From: Nemertoderma westbladi
Taxonomy: Eukaryota > Animalia > Xenacoelomorpha
NCBI GenBank assembly: GCA_032718475.1
Contig: JAUCBJ010003225.1
Span: forward strand, 1-64,000
Direction of reading: 5' to 3'
Length of the DNA: 64,000 nucleotides
Position 1 is the stretch's first letter, and every line of letters begins with the position of its first letter. The notes below the pieces were generated by a model that had not been told where the DNA came from, ran no database searches, and saw only the letters and a list, made by a program, of their open reading frames with translations. Both the position numbers and the translations under genes were made by a program. This document shows positions 50,587-60,370 of this stretch, one piece after another.

Positions 50587-52412
50587 ATAATCTCGTATTG
50601 TTTGGGCGAACCACAGTGGGTGGCGACGCATTACACACACATAGATACATTTTACGTACAATATTTGTTATGAAATGGCGGTACTTCAGTTGGTAGCTCA
50701 GTTATTGTTATTTGGCCAGATTATCTGTTGGTTGGTCATTCAGTTATTCAATCTGTCATCCCTCTAAATTCGGGGCTTCAAGTCATTTTATCAAATATTT
50801 AATTTGTTGCTTGGTCTGGTCAGTCTCTCCTATGGGCCATGCGCGGTAAATCGGTCAATGGGTCAAATGAATACAGTAGGCCTGCACAGTCGACGTTAGT
50901 GCTTACAGTACTTTACTGAAATTTTGAAAATGATGATGTTAGTCAATTTTCTTTTTCAATTTAATTGGGTTTTTTTAATAATAAGTTATCTAATTAAATG
51001 AACATGGAAAGCCCACATAATTAGTGTTTATCAATCATGGCTGATAACATTTTGAACTTAAATAATTTGTTTATGTTATTGTGATTTAAATAGTATAATT
51101 ATGGCATGTTAAGTCCTTGAAACTCAACATTTCTTATTTTGTTAATGGCATATTGTAAAGTAAACAGATAAACAGTGTGATAAACAGATCACACATACAT
51201 ATCATGTGCTGCATTGAACAGGGTCACTAATGCTGCTTGTGGTAGTAGTTGTGTTATAGTATCCTTGCCATGTTATGGTTCCATAAGAATAGATTTATTA
51301 AAGGGAAAAATCGATCTTAAAGAAACAATAAATTCAAATTCAATTAAATTTAAATTTTTTCAATTTTTTCAACGAAGATTTTGGAAACGAAAATATTTAA
51401 TGAAATTTATTTTTTTGTTGGTACTTTTTTTTCTGTTACTCTATAGAATTAGATGCATCTAGAATACCATCAAACGACTTTAACCTATTTTTATTGTGCT
51501 ATTTGTATTTACGTATTCTCGTACTACCATTTTTTGACTCACCACTGGTTTGACTGCCATTTGCTTGTGTAGCCTTTTCGTTTGTTTATTCTTTCTGAAA
51601 TTCGTCAAAAACATATCTACTGTATCTATCTAACTAATGATTTTAATAGAATAATATCAGTTTGTGAAAAAGAACAGCAATCTTTTCCAAATACAGTAGT
51701 ATCTTGACTATCTTCCGCAGTATCGGTAGCAGGTATAAATAATACCAAATGTAAAGGTAGCCGGTGAAAAAACTTAAAACCAATAAGCTCCTGTAGTCTA
51801 TGTCCCTAAACAAAAGCTAACCAAACTATGTTTGGAAACTACCGTGGAATATGGAATCTATATTCCATCAAAAATATTCAGCCGAAGAATAATTGCATCA
51901 AGAGAACATATTGCGAAGGAATGATACTGGCTGCCAGCATCATAGCAACGAGTTCGTTGGGGCCTAGATCTAATCGTTCTGAGTCTAGAAGAAATATCAA
52001 ATCACAAAACCAAAACCAAAACTAACCATTAGGACCTACAGTACCTTGATTTCCAATCACATACACAATTTAACTTAGATAATACTACATAACAAGAGCA
52101 TGAATTGCTAGATTTTATAAATATAGGTCATTCAAGTATGAACGATAATGAAATGATGAATGTATGATAATGAAATAAAAGAATAAAGGACTTTTACGTT
52201 TTATATTCAGTTTTCAGCCATTTATCGTTAAAATTGATAAGTACGGAGTAACTGTCACCTCACCTAAGATAATATAAGATAATAATATACTGCTGGGGAA
52301 TAACGGATCCAATTTATGAATCATATTATTGACTTATGTTAAATCCGGCCCCACCTAAGATTGTAACCCATAAAACCGATAAATTTTAATATTTCTTCAA
52401 TTTAATTTTTAG

Positions 52413-52513
52413 TTAATAAAGATGTTGGCTCTCGTTGTAGTAATTTTCGGTCTCTGCTGGCTTCCCCTCCATCTCTTCATCTTGGTAACGGAACTCAACC
52501 GTGATCTATTAAG
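52413..52513 (+). CDS. GPCR exon: TM6
   Basis: tttag|TTA ATA AAG ATG = LIKMLALVVVIFGLCWLPLHLFILV (CWLP); donor AG|GTATGG; phases 0/2. Confidence 0.92.
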
Positions 52514-52515
52514 GT

Positions 52516-52752
52516 ATGGTAAAGTAGGGGGTAGGCCTACTATTCACAAGCATTTATAGGGCTTTAGTGGTAAAGTGTATTTATACAGTAGGGGTTTGAT
52601 GGTAAAGTAGGGGGTAGGCCTAATACTGTACACACCAGTATTTATAGGGATTTGATGGTAAAGTAAGGGTAAGCCTACTACACACAAGTATTTATAGGGG
52701 TTGGTGGTAAAATAGGAGTAAGCCTACTTACTACACACAAGTATTTATAGTG
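52516..52752. repeat. Degenerate ~45-55-bp tandem repeat
   Basis: ggtaaagtagggggtaggcctac..cacaagtatttataggg recurs ~5 times. Confidence 0.7.
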
Positions 52753-52941
52753 GTATATGGGGATTTATTTGTTCAAATTAAGTCATTTTTAATGTTGGAA
52801 TGGTTCTTATCTGAGCTAGTAGTTATTGTCGCAGTGAAGCGTCTAGCCAGTAGTGGCATGTTCCCAGTAAGTGGATGAATAAATGTGAGTCAGGCGGGCG
52901 AATTTGGGCTACATCTACTGTGTTTCATTTTACCGTTACAG

Positions 52942-53055
52942 GTACAGAAATATCAATCAGGTTTACTTTGCCTGCCACTTTATCGCAATGTCTAACAGTT
53001 GTTCGAACCCTATTCTCTACTACAATATGAATTCAAGATATCGAAACGGAATGAG
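52942..53055 (+). CDS. GPCR exon: TM7 and helix 8
   Basis: tacag|G TAC = (R)YRNINQVYFACHFIAMSNSCSNPILYYNMNSRYRNGM (NPxxY); donor AG|GTGGGT; phases 2/2. Confidence 0.92.
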
Positions 53056-53193
53056 GTGGGTTTCACATATCAAATAATTCCGACATACAGTAAGTAGTGC
53101 AGAATTGTTTATATAGTAAATGACATTGTACGTACATTAATTACCTATGTACAACCTGCAGTAGGTAACTATTCTAAAACCCAGCACCAGCCT

Positions 53194-53247
53194 ACAGGAA
53201 CAACGGTTCGGTCTTGATGATGGCTATGTTGGAACTCATCAGCCTGT
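53194..53247 (-). ncRNA. Degenerate type I hammerhead-like motif
   Basis: Minus strand: acagg CTGATGA gttcc..(loop)..agacc GAAc cgtt GTT cctgt; 5-bp stem I; GAAA changed to GAAC; weak stem II. Confidence 0.4.
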
Positions 53248-54038
53248 GTGTGACCTTGCTATACTGTATAGCAGCGCTGAGTGGGCGTTTGGCTTGGGTT
53301 ACTGTCGAGTTGTTTTGGGGAACAACTTTTAATTCAATAAATGTAATAATGTGCCTAGTTTTACTAAAGTAATGCGATGCGATGTGAGAAATGCCTGTTG
53401 CATACTTACCCTGTATTAACTAACTGTAAGTCCCCCCCCCCCCCCCCCCCCTCCCTGCATACTCTAACCTACTACAGTTGTAGATGAACTCTATTGAAGC
53501 AACTCTATTGAACATCCATTACCTATTGTAGGCCTACATCCAAGGATGTAGGCAATAACTGACTGTTGAACCGTGCCGACCTCTGCGGGTTGACCAAATA
53601 AAATAATGTCATACATTTGTACACATGTTGTCAATACATTCTCATTTGCATTATTAATTTGTTTATTAGCAAGTCTTCTACTAGACATTATAAGCAGGAT
53701 GTTATTTTCAAAAGCAACCAAAGAAAGGTTATAAATAATTTATAAAAATGTTAAGACACAATAGTAACAATTATTAACAGAGTTCAAACAAAGACAGTAG
53801 TATGCGAAATATAAGGTATTTCGGTGACATATTCTTTAGGCCTAATAGAATTAATTAGACCTAAAAGTTATTGCAGTACGTTTATGGTAAATGGGCTTAA
53901 ATTTCATACATCTTTAAATGTGAGAATCTATTCGGTTTATTAAGCCAGGCCCCCACCCACCCTGTTCCCTGGAGGAATGCCTGTTTACCTCCATATACGT
54001 GATCTTCCACAGTAAACCCTTCCACTAGCTGTTTCCAA

Positions 54039-54352
54039 CGGATTCTATTAAATCGCAACAGGGATCCCATTGAGAGACAGCTAAGTGGAAATCAAAATGG
54101 GTTCCGTAAAGGTCGTGGGACCATGGAGCCCATTTTGGCACTTCATCACCCCATCGTCATAATGATGATGGGGTGGTGGTAACTCCACATCCAGAATTTA
54201 GAAGTCAGATAGAATTAATCGGAAACTTAAGGTTTGATTATTTTGAGCAGCAGTAGTTCCAGTACTCCTCTATGAGAGTCCATGCTGGGCTCTATCACCT
54301 GTTGTGACACCAAATGTCTGGATGGCACATTCCCAAGAATGCTACGTCGGGT
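54039..54352 (+). mobile_element. Scrambled mosaic of RTE fragments within SINE-derived repeats
   Basis: Pieces match ~4724-4828, an inverted ~5143-5160, ~5137-5168 and ~5517-5678. Confidence 0.75.
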
Positions 54353-54806
54353 TCCTTCCACTCTGTTTCCTAAAGGAATGCCTGTTCACCGCCATGGGTG
54401 ATCTTCCACAGTAAACCCTTCCACTCTGTTTCCTAAAGGAATGCCTGTTCACCGCCATGGGTGATCTTCCACAGTAAACCCTTCCATTCTGTTTCCTAAA
54501 GGAATGCCTGGTCGCCACCATGGGTTATCTTTCACAGTAAACTCTTCCATTCTATTTCCTAAAGGAATGCCTGTTCACCACCATGAGTGATCTTCCACAG
54601 TAACCCTTACATTCTCTGCTTCCTAAGTTGATTTAGTGACCAGTCAGCAGTCAAGGATATAAGCTTGGGTTGGGTAAGGATGCGGCATTGAAAGTACTGC
54701 ACAGTACGTGCAGTGCATTGGTTCATAATAGCACAGTTTGAGTCTGCCTAGGGATCGAACCTGGAGCCTCTTGATTGGGAGTCAAAGAATGTCAATTACT
54801 AGACCA
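54353..54806 (-). mobile_element. Diverged tRNA-SINE copy with ~4 tandem 63-bp units
   Basis: ccttccactctgtttcctaaaggaatgcctgttcacc.. repeats; B box (gggatcgaacc) at ~54750 and A box (actagacca) at ~54798. Confidence 0.82.
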
Positions 54807-55122
54807 TTACTGTGCTTCCTATTAATCTCTATCTACTACAACTGTAATCAAAGATAGTTGTTGATAGTTGTTTTAATTAATAATTAGCCACTACTAACAC
54901 ATTATTGGTATATATGAAAAAAGAGAATCATATTATTGCATTTTAACAAAACTTTCCATTCCCTCAGTTTATTATAAAATCTATAAATTACTAATTACAT
55001 GAATAGGCCCTACACTTTACCTATAAAGTGTGAGTATACCGTACACTGTACTCCATTAAAAAACGTAGCGACAGAATGGTAATAAGGAATAAAAATGCAA
55101 TGGAATTTATTATTATTTTCAG

Positions 55123-55453
55123 ATATCTTGTGTCTCGATTATGCCCATGTATGGAAATTTATATCTGGGAAGACTTGACAATAAATAGAAGACGAAGTAC
55201 TTTTCAATCGGCTCCACACAGCCGTCATTCGTCGTTCTACTTAAAACCAATGCGAACTAGACAAAACAGTTCGTTTGCAAACAACCACCGAATAACTCAC
55301 CAAAGCGGATCCTTAACAGTTGTGCCGAATTCCCATCTAAAATACCATAAGAAACATGTTGTTAAAGACGGCACTATAAGACGTTGTCACTCAACAAAGG
55401 AAGAGTTAATGGCGCAAAATGATCGCAGACATCAACTGTGTTTAGATGGTTGA
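55123..55453 (+). CDS. GPCR terminal exon: cytoplasmic tail
   Basis: ttttcag|A TAT = (R)YLVSRLCPC (palmitoylation-type Cys), then a Ser/Thr/Arg-rich tail; TGA at 55451-55453; phase matches the previous exon. Confidence 0.85.
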
Positions 55454-55909
55454 AAACAATTAAATAAAGAAGGAGATTACAGTGGCGCTGTTTTCTAACC
55501 AAAACAATAAAGTAAACGTTATTTCACTTGCGGTCAATTTGCGCCACTATCTGCCTACGAAGATACCTAATAATGAATATTAGTTCTTATATAAATAGTC
55601 CATTAAACTACAAAGAGTATGTCTACTTAAATATAATATAAGTAATATAATATTATATATTAATTATATTTGAAACATTCCCCGAATCATACAGCTAATC
55701 ACCTATTGCTGTGGTTGCATGAAGTTATCGCTGCATCTGAAGTAGAACCCTGCAGACTCTAATACCAGACGAATCTTGGAATGAACTTGCATTCACCACC
55801 GCGGTGAAGACACCTCACAATATTAAGTCACTTGCCCAATATAAATCAGACGAGTCTTTGCCCAATAAAAATGTATCTAAAATTAAAAAATTAATGAAGG
55901 CCAACTCTC

Positions 55910-57925
55910 CAGTGTTTGGAACTCATTCACCCCATTATTGTGGACATGTATAGGACAAAAAGAGTCCCCCAAGAACTGAAAAACAAATAAGTTGGTGCCA
56001 GCCCCAATGAAGGGCAATCTAACAACCCGTGGATCTTTTCGTGGAATCTCATTAATCCCGATTGCTGCAAAGCTATACAACAGAATTCTATTAAATCGAA
56101 TCAGGGATCCCGTTGAGAGACTGTTATGTGGGAACCAAAATGGGTTCCGTAAATATCGTGGGACCATGGAGCCTATTCTGGCACTTAGAAGGATAATCGA
56201 AGAGTTATCAATAAAGAAAGACAGACAACTTGCTATTTATTATCCTTGTTAATTTCTTTAAAGCCTTCGACTCTGTCTCCCGACCACTTATGTTCAGCAT
56301 ACTGGCAGCATGTGGGATCCCGGAGAAAATTATTGCAGCTATCAGATCACTGTGCGATGGTTCCATCGCGTTTGTTACTACTGCTGATACAGCTCGACTA
56401 GAGCTGACACAGCTCTAGTCGAAGTCTTATGGGGAGTCCTTCAGGGTGACACACTTTCACCATCGTTATTCGTAATTGGCTCATTCCAAAATAAAGTACG
56501 GGACATTCGAACACAATTTTGAACTTTGATTGCCTGTACAATGTTATCCACAGCACATATGCGCACAAAATGGTGCTTGGATTGAACTTTCGAATATCAG
56601 CTTACATATGGGTACCATTGACGAGTTGTCTGTCATCTGTCTAAGATTTGATCGCTAATAACTCTATCATTTATTGATGAAATTAAACCGAACTTTGTAC
56701 GTATTCAGTCTGTCAACAGTTTAGAAAGAATCTGGGGTTTACGGAATCAAAGGTCACATATCAGACAGTATGTCTGTTGGTACTAATAGTTTCAGAATTT
56801 TTTTTTATTTTGGTACACATTCTAGTCTGTCAAATTCTTTCAATTTCTGAAATTGTAAACAATTATTACTGTACTTACTGACCTTCTTATCTGCTAAAAA
56901 ATTAGATTTTGTGATATTTATTGTAAAGTACGGGACTTTACATGCATAAATCCAAAGATTAGTTGACTGAGGAATGATTCTTAGTTCAAATACATACTTA
57001 TTTATATGCTTCCCCCTACTAAAGCATTATATAACACTCCTGGCTTCACATATTACATTAATACAGTGCACTAAAATGTAATCGCCATTATAATGGTAAA
57101 GTATGGAACAATTTTCAATTGGCCGCCATGACATTTCTGAGGGAGTGAAGATAAAACTAATTGTTTCATAAGATGAAGCAACACAAACATGCTTTGCATT
57201 CCACTGGGTGATTAGGCTGAGTTAGGCCTGCTTCTTTGTGAATAAACTAAAAATTTCACTATTTTAGGTAAAGTATGGCACATAATATATGACTAACTTT
57301 CTCGATTTCAATCCAGAGGAATGAAACACTGGTCAAATTAAATGAAACCAAAAAAAATTCGAAAATGGGTTTGTTTTTGATTTGGTAGGCCTAAATGCTC
57401 AGAAATGTTAATTTATTGGTTATAACAAGTGCCTACAGCAAGCCAAACTTTAGCAAAGTACCTTACTGATCTAGACTTTGCTGATGACTTATGGGTACTG
57501 TTAGAATCACGAGAGGGAGCCGAAAGCCTCCTCTGCTTAATGGAACAAGTTGCTTCTAGTGTTGGTCTTTTTGTAAATTCCAAGAAGACCAATAACATGA
57601 AGGTCAATCTAGACAGCCCTCAAGAAATCTCTGATCGTAAGGGCATAAGCTCTAAGGATGGCTTTCTTGAACACGTGGATGACTTCTGCTACTTGGGATC
57701 ATGGATCAGAAAGTCAGGTGAAGACCTTCGAACACGTAACGGGAAGACATGGGCAGCGTTAAATTGTCTCTCCAGGATTTGGAAGTCGCATAGAATAAAA
57801 TGGAACCTTAACGTTTGATTATTTATGACAGCAGTAGTACCGTCAGTACTCTTATGAGAGTCCATGCTGGGCTCTAACTGTAGAGGATACCAAATCTCTG
57901 CATGGCACATTCACAAGATGCTGCG
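55910..57925 (+). mobile_element. Older RTE copy (same family) split by a ~0.94-kb insertion at ~56478-57415
   Basis: RT motifs QNGFRK, FFKAFDSV and GVLQGDTL before the insertion; DLDFADD and FCYLGSW after it; frameshifts. Confidence 0.88.
56478..57415. mobile_element. Probable DNA-transposon fragment inserted in the RTE
   Basis: Non-RTE sequence with repeated aaagta(c/t)gg motifs (~56494, 56926, 57098, 57270); second TIR not seen. Confidence 0.45.
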
Positions 57926-57994
57926 CTGTATGGCATACTTTTGGTTTTTTTATTCAATGTGTGGTGGGGTTTTTTTTCATGTATCATAGGAACG

Positions 57995-58432
57995 AATTAT
58001 TTCGCGAAAAAATTAATTGTTTCTCGCAAAAATGAATTGTTTCGCGTAAAAATTAATTGTTTCGCGTAAAAATTAATTGTTTCGCGTAAAAATTAATTGT
58101 TTCGCATAAAAATTAATTGTTACGCGCAAAAATGAATTGTTTCGCGTAAAAATTAATTGTTTCGCGTAAAAATTAATTGTTTCGCGTAAAAATTAATTGT
58201 CACGCGCAAAAATGAATTGTTTCGCGTAAAAATGAATTGTTTCGCGTAAAAATGAATTGTTTCGCGTAAAAATTAATTGTTTCGCGTAAAAATTAATTGT
58301 TTCGCGTAAAAATTAATTGTTACGCGCAAAAATGAATTGTTTCGCGTAAAAATCAATTGTTTCGCGTAAAAATGAATTGTTTCGCGTAAAAATTAATTGT
58401 TACGCGTAAAAATTATTTGTTTCTCGCAATTA
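57995..58432. repeat. 20-bp tandem repeat (~21 copies)
   Basis: Unit ttcgcgtaaaaattaattgt. Confidence 0.96.
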
Positions 58433-58542
58433 ACTGATTGGTGCTGAGTAGTACTGCATTTCTGCACTTTGACTAAGGTACAACTGTACACCTATAGGCC
58501 TATTCTGTAAGCTAGGCTAGAGTTCCTGAAAACTTGGTGCCT

Positions 58543-59140
58543 TGGATCCGGAAGTCAGGTGAGGACCTTCGAATACGTAAGGGAAAGGCATGGGCAGCCT
58601 TGAATAGGCTTTCCAGGATTTGGAAGTCACCGAGAATTAATCGGAAACTGAAGGTCCGATTATTTATTTAGAGCAGCAGTAGTTCCAGTACTCCTCTACG
58701 GGAGTCCATGCTGGGCTCTAACTGCTGAGGACACCAAATCTCTGGATGGCACATTCACAAGAATGCTACGCCGGGTTCATTGTGTCATGTACAATGCACA
58801 CATTTCCAACCAGACACTATATAACATTCGAGGTGTCTCATTGGTTCCCCCAAGCTTGACACTAGAACAAAATCGCCTCCGCTTTGCAGGACATTGCTTT
58901 CGCCGTGAGGACCAGCCAGTGCATAAACTTGTACTTTGGCAGCCTCATGGAGTGAATAAGCATGGTGGACAGCCCATGACTTTCTTGAGACGCATCTTAA
59001 AGGACACTGGCCTTAAAGATGCGGATGATCTAGCAAATGTCATGGGTGATAGGGAGTTGTGGCGGTGCAATTGTGTTGACATGCCGGCACAGCATTCTTA
59101 AAAATGCAGCTGCAATGCAGCATGCCGATCCTAGTAGTAG
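58543..59140 (+). mobile_element. 5'-truncated RTE with 8-bp TSD
   Basis: Near-identical to ~5447-6040; TSD tggtgcct at 58535-58542 and 59141-59148. Confidence 0.95.
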
Positions 59141-59758
59141 TGGTGCCTGGTTCACACAGAACTAACTGACTAACAAACTATTAACATAACTTCCGATAAC
59201 TTTTGTTCGCGCTTTTAAGACCTTTTGGCAGTTTAACCCGCCAAATCTATATTTCTTCTAGGTTATAAATCTACTTTAGCATAGGACAAGTATTGAACAC
59301 CTATAATAATTCTAACATTAGCCGAAGCCAGTCTGTGCGCGACCATTCACCCGCTGGATATACCCGGGAGACTGGATTCGGATGCTTTAATTTGATTGCG
59401 GTGCAGGCCTACCGTACTATTCGATTGATCGTTAATATATAATCTCTGACAAATATTATTCACTTTCGGGAAATATTAGCAGTTCCTTTAGGACGTGGCG
59501 CTCTATCTATTTAAACAGAGCTATGACTTACACTATACACAACGGTATGTCTTATAGATCACCAAAGTGCATTCTTTAGGAAATGCTTTGTTACTCGGTC
59601 AAACACACACAGACTATTGCACACAACTGCACATTGAATTGCCGATATTCACTGATTTTAATCATATATAAAGAAAATAACAACCGACATTTGTAGGGCC
59701 TATTAAGTAGCATTGAACTCATTACAAACCACGATAATGTATGTCGCAAATTGTTATA

Positions 59759-60370
59759 TGTAACCGGTCTCTCTAACCTTAGTGTATCAAGAAGATTGGG
59801 GTTTCTGATCGTTTATCAATATTCTCCAATTAATAATATGCAAACGAATGATACAATTAACAACACAGTAAATAGCAGTAAATAATGCAAGTGTACTTAA
59901 CCAAGATAACAGTTTGATGATCTTATAATTAAAGACGCTCTAATGTTAGAAAACATTCCACGGCCGGTGTTCTTAGGCGTGGGGGAAACGTCAGTACTGA
60001 ATCATGGGATTCTGCTGTACAGCTTTTACACAAAGGGAAAATCTCTGATTGGTCGAACTGACGTGGACACAGCTGATAGATGTCGTCATTTGAGCTGAGC
60101 AGAACAAAGAACCAAGGCTCCGTGCAGAGGCTCCATGTGTACAGCTCAGCTATTAGCTGTCGTCATAGTAACTGCACTGTTTCAAGAGTATTTCGGCTTT
60201 TGCGTCATAGAATTGCGGATTATGTCCGCTAAAGTACACATACAGAAGAAATTACTTTTATGTCCTCTAAAACACCAGTACAGTAAGGACACGGCCTTTT
60301 ATGCCTGGTAAACCAACTACAGAGTACTTTACGGGGAAAATAACCGGCTAATTACGCAAAAGCCTTTACA
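59759..60370 (-). repeat. Putative 3' LTR (612 bp) of a minus-strand LTR retrotransposon
   Basis: TGTAA...TTACA termini; purine-rich GGGAGCGG just before TG on the minus strand (PPT-like); CCAATCAG box inside; partner LTR not in window. Confidence 0.6.

Noticed and set aside
11962-53452. Frequent long C/G homopolymers as functional G-quadruplexes
   Set aside because: Mostly within repeats, and lengths are unreliable in assemblies; no pattern supports function.
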